Source: an uncultured bacterium (GTDB taxonomy: Bacteria > Poribacteria > WGA-4E > PCPOR2b). Taken from it: 24,000 bases of DNA. Below, piece by piece: positions 1 through 7,093 of this stretch. The notes beneath the pieces were generated by a model. The model searched no databases, had not been told where the DNA came from, and saw only the letters and a program-made list of their open reading frames with translations. Positions within the stretch are counted from its first letter, which is position 1, and each line of letters opens with the position of its first letter. The translations under genes and the position numbers were made by a program. Location: assembly GCA_964577695.1 (NCBI GenBank), contig CAZOAL010000046.1, positions 39,904 to 63,903 of the forward strand, written 5' to 3'.

Positions 1-187
1 CCCAACAAACTCGCAACAAGAAAATTCTTGTAGGCTTGGTTCCACCATGGGAGTATATGGAACCCATTTGGGAACTGCGGATTGGTGAATATCGCGTTTT
101 TATGACGTGGACGAGGCGGCGTTGGTCGTGATCATTCGAGCCATCCGGCACAAGCCGCCGCATAAAACAACGGAGAAAATACTATGA
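1..187 (+). pseudogene. RelE/ParE-family toxin, 3' part, apparent frameshift in a T5 run
   Basis: Frame 3 reads ..VGLVPPWEYMEPIWELRIGEYRVF up to nt 101. Frame 2 from nt 101 reads YDVDEAALVVIIRAIRHKPPHKTTEKIL, then TGA at 185-187. Joined, they give the RelE/ParE C-terminal core (G-x-YR-v-x-Y ... i-HK/HR). The junction is a T5 run at 97-101; T6 would restore the frame. The 5' end lies outside the window. Confidence 0.6.
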
Positions 188-426
188 AACTAATCAGTCT
201 TGAACAGGCCACTCTTGATACTTGTGTCAGGGATGCTCAACATGAACGTGTGGTCATCACGCGTAAGGGGAAACCTGTTGCACTCATAGTTGGCGTTAAA
301 GGGATGGACGAGGAACAACTGCAACTTGGAGCTAGCGACAAGTTCTGGAAACTGATTGCCGAGCGGCGGACCCAAAAGACGATGAGCCGTACCGAGTTAG
401 AGCAGCAAATCAACAACAGAAAATGA
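184..426 (+). CDS. Phd/YefM-family antitoxin
   Basis: 80 aa. N-terminal ISLEQATLDTCVRDAQHERVVITRKGKPVALIVGV matches the Phd/YefM signature (..vvItr.GkpvAvlv). The ATG overlaps the upstream TGA (ATGA at 184-187). Confidence 0.85.
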   Translation: MKLISLEQATLDTCVRDAQHERVVITRKGKPVALIVGVKGMDEEQLQLGASDKFWKLIAERRTQKTMSRTELEQQINNRK

Positions 427-478
427 AGCGAGGAACATCGCTCTTGACCTTGAAGTAGTGCCTAACCCGCCGTTTCAG

Positions 479-505
479 TTGACAGCGGGGCTCTACGGTT
501 TTAAT
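479..505 (+). promoter_or_regulatory. candidate sigma70-type promoter for the 624-2453 operon
   Basis: TTGACA at 479-484, 15-nt spacer, TTTAAT at 500-505. This would give a leader of about 110 nt containing hairpins. The spacer is short, and this is a sequence-only guess. Confidence 0.3.
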
Positions 506-623
506 CGTGTTTTCTGGGTTGTGGCGGGTTTTGGTTCGTCGAACGTTTCTCAGCAAACCCCCGCCGTGCTCGTCTGAGAATCGGACAACTGAACTTTTTT
601 CGTTAGGTGTTTGAGGACAAACA

Positions 624-1088
624 ATGCAACTTGGTGCGCCGATCAACGGAAAGGCGGAATGTCTAATGAAGTCCCAATGGATGCGTCAGGATGAGCTCAA
701 GCAGGAGATCGCCCGGCACCCCCCCCATCTTGCCCAGATGAGAAGTACGAACAACAGGATGTACGAAGTTGCGCGATTATCCGATGGTAGTTTGGCTCTT
801 CGCACATTTAGGCGAATAGAGAATCCCAAGCTAAGACTTATCTGCTCTCTGGCTTTTTTCAGCACGATTGCTGTCGCTGTAGTTACAGGTATATTGGCCT
901 TTGTGATTCGGTCACCGGCATGGCTCTTCGCCATAGGTATCTGGACGATGGTCATAGGTGTTCTTGTGGCGCTGGGTTCTCGTTCGCTCCCTCGTCGGGT
1001 TAGAGGACCACTGCTGGATGAACAGGTGATAAGCCCCGAAGACCAACCTAAAGCGGTCGTGTTTCCACCAGAGGAAAAGAAGCAATGA
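624..1088 (+). CDS. hypothetical two-TM membrane protein
   Basis: ATG 624 has GAGGA 6 nt upstream. 154 aa with two hydrophobic helices (LICSLAFFSTIAVAVVTGILAFVI; WLFAIGIWTMVIGVLVALG). The stop overlaps the next start (ATGA at 1085-1088). No family recognised. Confidence 0.6.
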   Translation: MQLGAPINGKAECLMKSQWMRQDELKQEIARHPPHLAQMRSTNNRMYEVARLSDGSLALRTFRRIENPKLRLICSLAFFSTIAVAVVTGILAFVIRSPAWLFAIGIWTMVIGVLVALGSRSLPRRVRGPLLDEQVISPEDQPKAVVFPPEEKKQ

Positions 1089-1655
1089 AACAGATACTGG
1101 TGAAAGAAGATGGTGGCAAAGTGATCGAGAATTGCACTTTCAAAAGGGCAGGATTTGATTATCAAAGGGTGGAGACCGAACAAACCCAGGATATCCCTCT
1201 TCCCCCGCCATCGGGTGCAGAACCAACGGAAAGCACAGTCCGAATGTGCCAGACGTACAAGGCTCTACAGCCCCAGAGGCGAAGTTCTGACGAGTACGAA
1301 TGCACCCTATCATCTGGCAAAGTCCGTGACCACAGCGGCGGATGTATTGTGGTGGATAGTCGTTGGTGTTGGCGTACTTGGCACCATTGTGCTAACAGGA
1401 GGCATTGCAATGGCTATTTGGGGAGCTGCGGCCGCTGGCACTGTTTCAACAGCCGCAGCAGTCGCTCTAGGTGTCGGAGGGGGTATGACGACTGCTGGTT
1501 TTGGTGGTGCTGCCCTAATTCCGACGGGCAACGACATCGACGACTATACGGAAGGGAAGTTGTTGGGTACAGACATCATCGTCAAGAAGGGTCAATGGGG
1601 CAATGATGGCCCGACAGAGTTAGGCGACAAAGTAGGGGGCCCACATCCCTGTTAA
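1085..1655 (+). CDS. hypothetical Gly/Ala-rich membrane protein, apparent +1 frameshift (possible pseudogene)
   Basis: ATG 1085 is translationally coupled to the upstream gene. The frame of 1085 is protein-like only to about 1300 (..DEYECTLSSGK), then becomes Cys/Trp/Arg-rich. The frame of 1155 is Arg-rich nonsense until about 1300, then reads VLWWIVVGVGVLGTIVLTGGIAMAIWGAAAAG..GVGGGMTTAGFGGAALIP..KKGQWGNDGPTELGDKVGGPHPC and ends at TAA 1653-1655. One gene with a shift somewhere in 1270-1330 explains this best; the C4 run at 1271-1274 is a candidate site. Confidence 0.5.
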
Positions 1656-1742
1656 ATGAGCCCAAAGTTTTGTCAGAAGTGTGGCGCACAGTTGCAACAA
1701 TGAAAAAGCCTAACCAGCCGTTGCAGCGGAGAAACACATACA

Positions 1743-2453
1743 ATGATAACAGGAGATGCAGTAACACACAACTCACAAAGCCCTGACAAACCCGTGCGCC
1801 CGCGCTGGAAGAAGCGATGGTGGGCGCTCGGCGTCGTGTTCGCCCTATTGGTGTGGGTCGGGATGGATGTGTACGCACCGCGCCGTATTGATATTCGCGC
1901 CTTTGACCCCAAGGAGGTCGCCCGTCTGGATACCGTCATGTGGCGGTCATACTATGAAAAAGAGCGCCTCCGCTTATTCCTTCAACTCGCGGAGTTAATA
2001 CGGACACAGTACCATTTTCCCTTTCTCAAATCGCATGTTGTAGCCTACCGGGCTGCCAAGGCCGCTTTCATTTTCAAAGGGGGGCACAGTCACGCTGACT
2101 ATGAAAAGGCACTGCCGGACCTTGTTGCCTTCTACCGTGCCATTCGCAACGAGAGTACCCTTTCTTTTGAGCCTGTTCGTACTGCCTGGCTTGAGCTTGA
2201 CTGGTGGATCGTTCACCGGGAGCGCCTTGCTCACGCCCCTGGCGATCTCGAGGGTGCGCTGGCGGAAACCGTTGCCGCTCTGTACGGGGTGCCGGCGGCC
2301 CAGGTGATGGAGTATGCCAAGTTACGAGCGGAGGCCATGACGCTTCGGGACACCATAGCGGAGCGCGGGACGGTGACAGAAGACGATTGGCGTAAGATTA
2401 ACGCCTTGCTGGAAGCTTCCTGGCAATCACTGTGGAAGGCGATACAGCCGTGA
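1743..2453 (+). CDS. hypothetical membrane-anchored protein
   Basis: 236 aa. Basic stretch plus a single TM (RWKKRWWALGVVFALLVWVGMDVY), then a helical-looking domain of about 180 aa. No family recognised. Only a weak SD (GGAG 11 nt upstream). Confidence 0.75.
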   Translation: MITGDAVTHNSQSPDKPVRPRWKKRWWALGVVFALLVWVGMDVYAPRRIDIRAFDPKEVARLDTVMWRSYYEKERLRLFLQLAELIRTQYHFPFLKSHVVAYRAAKAAFIFKGGHSHADYEKALPDLVAFYRAIRNESTLSFEPVRTAWLELDWWIVHRERLAHAPGDLEGALAETVAALYGVPAAQVMEYAKLRAEAMTLRDTIAERGTVTEDDWRKINALLEASWQSLWKAIQP

Positions 2454-2499
2454 TTGCGAAAGCTTCTTTCCAACCTTCCTTTCCTCCACTCTGATGAAC

Positions 2500-2529
2500 G
2501 GGCGAGCCGTGCTCGTCCGAGAATCGGAC
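2500..2529. terminator. overlapping hairpins between convergent genes (possible bidirectional terminator / repeat unit)
   Basis: GGGCGAGC-cgt-GCTCGTCC (2500-2518) overlaps GTCCGA-gaa-TCGGAC (2515-2529). The pair is flanked by CT-rich tracts and lies between the stop at 2453 (+) and the stop at 2556 (-). Confidence 0.3.
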
Positions 2530-2555
2530 CCGCTCTACTTCCTTCCCTTCCTTTC

Positions 2556-3869
2556 CTAATCCTCGCCTTTCTCCAACTTCTGATACTGTTTCGTCAGGTT
2601 TGAGACCAAGCCTGACCAGATGCCCGCCATCACTATAGCGGTGGCAGAAAACGCCGCGACCGGTATCGTCATGATCAGGCCGACCAGCGCAATCACCAGG
2701 GCGCTGCCACTTTTCGCAGAGCGATATCCGAAAGAATCGATCACCTGCTTCGCTCGATAGCGCGCATCAAAGGAGAGGGGAATGTAGAAAATCTCCTTGC
2801 CAGCGCGGAAGATTGAATAATCAAACGCCTTGAAAAACAGGAATGCCGTTGCCCCACTTCGTAGCGACGGCGCGATCGTCAGCGCCGTGCAAGTGATGAG
2901 ATGAATCAGCGGGATGCCGAGATGAATGAGGCGAAGGGGAAGAAAGTGTAGCAGAAGCGGTGCCCCGATGAGTTGTAAGAGGGCCGCCGATATGCCGAGC
3001 CATTGTCCGTAGAACGTCCCATAAAACGCTGTTCTGGCGTTTTTGTCCGGTATCGCTTCCGCGACCAATCCGTTGAATCGCAGGTCTAAGACCGTTGAGA
3101 CGACCTGTGTCGTCAGAATAAGCAGGAAAATGAAGGTCAGATAGCGGGAGCGAAAAAGCACGCGGGTGCCTGTGTGGCCCTGTCGTCCACCCACCTCCGC
3201 TTCAGTCGGTTGGGGCTCCCCTGCCAGTATGTAAGCGAGAGCCGAACACCCCGCCGCGGGTATCAGGGATGCGGCGGCAAAGAGGAGCAACACCTCAGAA
3301 CCCAGAGATGTCGCTAAATGCTTGACAAGCGTGCCCCCCGCAATGGAGCCGAGCGATGCAATGGCGCAGAAGGGGCCGTTAATCCAGCGGGCTTGTTTCG
3401 GCGTTAATGTACTATTGACGAATGACCAATACTGCTCGATAATCAGGACAATGTACGCCTCTCGAAAGACATAGACCAACGCCGAGGCGATGGGATATCC
3501 CTTCATGATGAGCGCATAGCCCACCCCGATGATCGCAGCCGACAGTAACGAAGTTACCACCAGCGCACGGTTCGCCCCCAACCGCGAGAGGAGACGACCG
3601 TAACAGTAGATAATTAGGTAGACGCTCGGAAGGACGGTTGCCATGACCCACGGCAAGTTTTTAGAACCGTAGGCGTGGATAAACAGCGACGTCGAGGCAG
3701 AGCGGATGAGTTCGTAGCCGCATAGCAGGAAACTGGCAGCGGCGGCAATCGCAAAAGTAGCGAGGATGGTTCGTCTTGAAAAGATCATTTTAATTAGGCA
3801 CATCCAAGAAAATGATTCTCCCATAAGCTCCCGTTGGATTGCCAAATCCAACGGCTCTGGATTTGACAA
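2556..3869 (-). CDS. TLC/AAA-family (ATP:ADP antiporter-like, MFS-type) transporter homologue
   Basis: Polytopic membrane protein with about 11-12 helices. N-terminal FLLCGYELIRSASTSLF and C-terminal FKAFDYSIFRAGKEIFYIPLSFDARYRAKQVIDSFGYRSAKSGSALV resemble the conserved blocks of nucleotide-transporter (TLC) proteins, compared from memory with the Rickettsia Tlc block KYSLFDATKNMAYIPLD..GGRLGKSGGA. The start is uncertain: ATGs at 3869, 3824 (GGGAG upstream), 3803 and 3788. Confidence 0.55.
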   Translation of the reverse strand: MSNPEPLDLAIQRELMGESFSWMCLIKMIFSRRTILATFAIAAAASFLLCGYELIRSASTSLFIHAYGSKNLPWVMATVLPSVYLIIYCYGRLLSRLGANRALVVTSLLSAAIIGVGYALIMKGYPIASALVYVFREAYIVLIIEQYWSFVNSTLTPKQARWINGPFCAIASLGSIAGGTLVKHLATSLGSEVLLLFAAASLIPAAGCSALAYILAGEPQPTEAEVGGRQGHTGTRVLFRSRYLTFIFLLILTTQVVSTVLDLRFNGLVAEAIPDKNARTAFYGTFYGQWLGISAALLQLIGAPLLLHFLPLRLIHLGIPLIHLITCTALTIAPSLRSGATAFLFFKAFDYSIFRAGKEIFYIPLSFDARYRAKQVIDSFGYRSAKSGSALVIALVGLIMTIPVAAFSATAIVMAGIWSGLVSNLTKQYQKLEKGED

Positions 3870-3910
3870 TCCAGATTGAGCCAGTGGAGATTTTATTTCT
3901 TGGAAACCCC

Positions 3911-4306
3911 TTATGGAATGAAATTTCGACCTGTGCCGAGATAATTCTCCAAATATATAACGACCTCAACCAATCGATCCGCACACCGTTCCCGATACGT
4001 TTTTTCTTTGAGACGATCTAAACTTCCAATGGTTAAGACAGGAAGTGAAACGATTGTGTTTTCCTCGCGAATGGTTTGCTCTAAAGAATCTTGACCTTTC
4101 ATATTGCGGTTTTCGGTGAGCAAAATCATCCGATTGGCTTGAGCAAAACGCCAAACCTCGCGGTCACTGCTCTCAAATGACAAACCGACTTCTTCAAAAG
4201 TAACCAATCTAATGGAAAGGAGATCAAGCCATCCTCTCGAGGCCAGTGTGCCCCATAACCGCTCCGCGTCTCCCTCAATATTGTGGTCCGCTAAAATTGT
4301 CATCAT
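3911..4306 (-). CDS. DUF5615-type PIN-like putative toxin
   Basis: The real start is ATG 4306 (MMTILADHNIEG..), overlapping the upstream stop by ATGA. The pattern ILADhNi....L...G......v...gl...sD.evw.fA..n..iLlT.n matches the PIN-like DUF5615 partner of DUF433 proteins. The track's longer N-terminus runs through the antitoxin gene. Confidence 0.6.
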   Translation of the reverse strand: MMTILADHNIEGDAERLWGTLASRGWLDLLSIRLVTFEEVGLSFESSDREVWRFAQANRMILLTENRNMKGQDSLEQTIREENTIVSLPVLTIGSLDRLKEKTYRERCADRLVEVVIYLENYLGTGRNFIP

Positions 4307-4677
4307 GACATTTTCCACTTTTTTTTCCGTTCTTGCAGCTTCTCCCAAGCCTTCTCCATTCCCGGAGGCGGAGGTAGCTTGGCGATTTTGGCAAAGTGTT
4401 CTCGATTGCGCTCTCTCCAATATCGCTCCGTTTCCTCCGCCTCTTTGAGGACCTGTTGGTATTCCGCCTCAACTTCCTCGCGGTGCGTTTCAATATATTC
4501 CATCACATCCGCAATCTGCTTGTCGGTCAGATTGTACAGATCGCGAATATAGTGAGGTGGATACCCCGCTTTGATGTAATCCATGATGCTGTAGAGCGTG
4601 ATTCGTGTTCCAGCGATGGAGAGTCCTCGATCGGGTCTTCTCACAACGGTGGGTTGAGAGTTCATTATTTCAGTCAT
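4303..4677 (-). CDS. DUF433-domain putative antitoxin with C-terminal coiled-coil extension
   Basis: ATG 4677 has AAGGAGG 7 nt upstream. PDRGLSIAGTRITLYSIMDYIKAGYPPHYIRDLYNLTDKQIADVMEYI is the DUF433 HTH-like core, followed by a charged helical tail (EEVEAEYQQVLKEAEETERYWRERNREH..). Confidence 0.7.
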   Translation of the reverse strand: MTEIMNSQPTVVRRPDRGLSIAGTRITLYSIMDYIKAGYPPHYIRDLYNLTDKQIADVMEYIETHREEVEAEYQQVLKEAEETERYWRERNREHFAKIAKLPPPPGMEKAWEKLQERKKKWKMS

Positions 4678-4755
4678 GCGTTTAACCTCCTTAAGTGCCT
4701 GCCCCAAAATGGCTCATGTTAAAACAAAGTGCAGGGGAACAAACAGGGAGGGCAA

Positions 4756-4794
4756 GGCTCCCGCCGAGCCTTTTGGAGGGGTTCGGCAGGAGCC
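4756..4794 (-). terminator. GC-rich hairpin downstream of the YWTD gene
   Basis: GGCTCCCGCCGAGCC (4756-4770) / 9-nt loop / GGTTCGGCAGGAGCC (4780-4794): 15-bp stem with one mismatch and one G-T. On the minus strand it is followed by cttgccctccctgtttgtt, which is only partly T-rich. Confidence 0.35.
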
Positions 4795-4870
4795 TCACTC
4801 TCCCAGCATATCCTCTTTTCAATCGGTAGCATGAATTCCTAACATAATCCAAAAAGTCGTTCACACACCC

Positions 4871-6982
4871 TCACTTCACAATCACCATCCGCCGTATAGC
4901 CGCAAAATCACCTGCTTCCAACCGATAGAAATAGACACCCGATGCAACCTGCTGCCCGAAATCATCGTGTCCATCCCAATACGCTGCTTTGTGCCTATCA
5001 TCATAGTGTCCTGCCCGAAGTGTTCCCAACGACAGCCTGCGGACCAACCGCCCGTGCGTATCATAAATCTGGATGGTGACATCAATGTTTCGTGAAAGGT
5101 GAAACGGTATCCACGTTTCAGGGTTAAACGGATTGGGAAAGTTCTGGAGCAAGGCATTCTGGCGGATTCGCCCCCACAGGACCGCCCGCTTTTGCTGTGG
5201 GTCAACGGAGACCGAGCCATCGGAAGGTAAGGTGAGATCTAAGGCAATAAATCGCGGCACAACAAGTCCGGTCAGCACATCCTCAACGTTTGTGCCATCA
5301 AGGTTCGCTCGCTGGATGGCTCCGGTGTAGGCATCCGTCCAGTATATCTTCTCTCCACTCATATCGACAGCGATGCCTATTGGAGTAATCAATCCGGTGG
5401 TGACCAGCGTCTCGACCTGTGTGCCATCAAGATTTGAACGCTGGATTTTTCCCGTTCCAGTGTCTCGATCAAAGTCTGTCCAGTACACCTTCCCTTTGTT
5501 TTTATCGATGGCGATTCCCCATGGCTGACTCAAGCCAGTTGTAATGAGGTCTTCAACGCCAGTGCCATCAAGGTTGGCACGCCGAACTTTGGGGACACGG
5601 GGGCGTCTAAACATGGAACTATCTACCCAGTATATCTTCCCACCGCTCGCATCAACGGCAATACCCACTGGGCCCCACAATTCCGTGAGGACAAGGTCCT
5701 CTATGGAAGCCTCATCAAAGTTAGCACGCTGGATTTTGCCGGGTGGGACATCGTTCGTCCAGTAAATCTGCCGCCCTGTCGCATCGACAGTGATGCCGAA
5801 TGGATTGCCTGTGATGGCGAGGTCTTTTATGGAAGTGCCATCCAGATTGGCGCGATGGATAGCTCCGATAGTCGTCCTAAAGTCCGTGGCAGTCCAGTAG
5901 AGCTGTCCGGCCGTCGCATCGACAGCGATGCCCCACGGCGTCCTCAATCTTGTCTCGACAAGCGTTTCAACCTTCGTCCCATCCAGATTGGCACGCTGGA
6001 TTTTTATGGTTTCCTTCGTGTACGGCCATACAACGTCTGTCCAGTAGACCTTCCCCTCAACTGAATTGACCGCAATGCCCCACGGGCTACTGAGTCCAGT
6101 TGTGACGAGCTCTTCAACGTCCGTTCCATCCAGATTCGCGCGCTGAATCCTTCCCGGTGAGAAACTGATCGTCCAGTATATTTTTCCACCGTCCGCATCG
6201 ACGACAACGTTGCGTGGACGAGAATCGAATCCGACCGTCGTGACCACATTTTCGATGTTTGTCCCATCAAGATTCGCTCGCTGGATTTTCTGCATTCCAG
6301 TTTCAATGTTATGGTCAGCGCCCGCCCAGTAGATTTTCCTCCCGTCTGCATCCACGGCGATACCGCTCAGAGAGAAATTAAACCCTATTATGACGAGATC
6401 TTCGATGTCCGTGCCATCAAGGTTTGCTTGTCGGATGCCCTCCCAACCAGCGTCCAACGGCCAGTTCCAGTATACCTTCCCTTCCACCGGATTGACGGCG
6501 ATGAGGGTTATGCCACCAAATCCCGGGAACGTGATAAAGTCTTCGACATCTGTGCCATCAAGGTTCGCCCGCTGAATCTTGGAAGACTGATATGGCTGGA
6601 ATTCAAGGCTCATCCAGTAGACCTTCCCGTGGATGGCGTCCACGGCAATCCCCCATGGATACCACACGCCTGTGGAAACGATATCTTCGACGTTCGTTCC
6701 GTCAGGGTTAGACCGTTGGATTTTATGCGTTCCGTAGTCCGTCCAGTAGACCTTCCCCCGGACCGAATCGACAGCGATAGAGCGCGGGTCCGACAGCGTG
6801 ACGGGAAGGAGCGTTTCTACGCTTCGGCCGTCTAGCTCTGCCCGATGGATGCCCCTTGCATCTGTCCAATACATTTTCGCTGCCTTTACAACTGAACTGT
6901 TCAGCGCCAGCGCGAATGTCATCAGGAACAGGAGGTGCGAAAAATGGAGGTGCCAATTCATTAGAATCAGTCTTCGTTTCAT
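4871..6982 (-). CDS. secreted 12-blade YWTD (LDL-receptor class B type) beta-propeller protein with T9SS-type C-terminal sorting domain
   Basis: ATG 6982 has GGAGGG 7 nt upstream; the track's first codon is TTG 6985. A signal peptide is followed by 12 repeats carrying YW-x-x motifs (5 exact YWTD) with IQRANLDGT-type linkers, i.e. two six-bladed propellers. The C-terminal LLQNFPNPFNPETWIPF..IQIYDTHGRLVRRL..WDGHDDFGQQVASGVYFYRLEAGDF..MVIVK matches the Por/T9SS type A sorting (FlgD-Ig-like) domain. Confidence 0.85.
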   Translation of the reverse strand: MKRRLILMNWHLHFSHLLFLMTFALALNSSVVKAAKMYWTDARGIHRAELDGRSVETLLPVTLSDPRSIAVDSVRGKVYWTDYGTHKIQRSNPDGTNVEDIVSTGVWYPWGIAVDAIHGKVYWMSLEFQPYQSSKIQRANLDGTDVEDFITFPGFGGITLIAVNPVEGKVYWNWPLDAGWEGIRQANLDGTDIEDLVIIGFNFSLSGIAVDADGRKIYWAGADHNIETGMQKIQRANLDGTNIENVVTTVGFDSRPRNVVVDADGGKIYWTISFSPGRIQRANLDGTDVEELVTTGLSSPWGIAVNSVEGKVYWTDVVWPYTKETIKIQRANLDGTKVETLVETRLRTPWGIAVDATAGQLYWTATDFRTTIGAIHRANLDGTSIKDLAITGNPFGITVDATGRQIYWTNDVPPGKIQRANFDEASIEDLVLTELWGPVGIAVDASGGKIYWVDSSMFRRPRVPKVRRANLDGTGVEDLITTGLSQPWGIAIDKNKGKVYWTDFDRDTGTGKIQRSNLDGTQVETLVTTGLITPIGIAVDMSGEKIYWTDAYTGAIQRANLDGTNVEDVLTGLVVPRFIALDLTLPSDGSVSVDPQQKRAVLWGRIRQNALLQNFPNPFNPETWIPFHLSRNIDVTIQIYDTHGRLVRRLSLGTLRAGHYDDRHKAAYWDGHDDFGQQVASGVYFYRLEAGDFAAIRRMVIVK

Positions 6983-7017
6983 CAATTTTCCCTCCGTTCA
7001 TAACAACTATGGGCAAA

Positions 7018-7086
7018 TCATATTTCAAAAGCGCAATCTATGCCCGCGTTCAGTATACCCCAAACAAACCCCCATAGGACTCCCAT
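7018..7086 (-). pseudogene. truncated duplicate of the 5' end of the 7403-7702 membrane-protein gene
   Basis: It has the same GGAGAG RBS and the same first 10 codons (MGVLWGFVWG, with two silent differences), then diverges and stops after 22 codons (MGVLWGFVWGILNAGIDCAFEI*). Confidence 0.6.
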
Positions 7087-7093
7087 GCTCTCC

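Noticed and set aside
528-545. tRNA-like T-arm (GGTTCG..CGAAC) and a general scan for tRNA or rRNA
   Set aside because: GTTCG-t-CGAAC has a 1-nt centre and no flanking acceptor or anticodon arms. I saw no GTTCGAATC-type T-loop with cloverleaf context anywhere in the window.
686-1183. 165-aa minus-strand ORF opposite the 624-1088 gene
   Set aside because: It is Ser/Arg-rich and low-complexity, with no SD. The plus-strand gene has an SD, TM helices and translational coupling.
1701-1703. TGA recoding (alternative genetic code or selenocysteine) to explain the in-frame stop
   Set aside because: TGA clearly terminates well-defined genes here (Phd at 424-426, DUF433 at 4303-4305, thrB at 18772-18774). 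I noticed no SECIS-like hairpin immediately downstream.
4307-4420. N-terminal extension of the PIN-like ORF (track start 4420)
   Set aside because: The extension runs through the DUF433 coding region in another frame. The family-typical N-terminus (MMTILADHNI) starts at the ATGA overlap at 4306.
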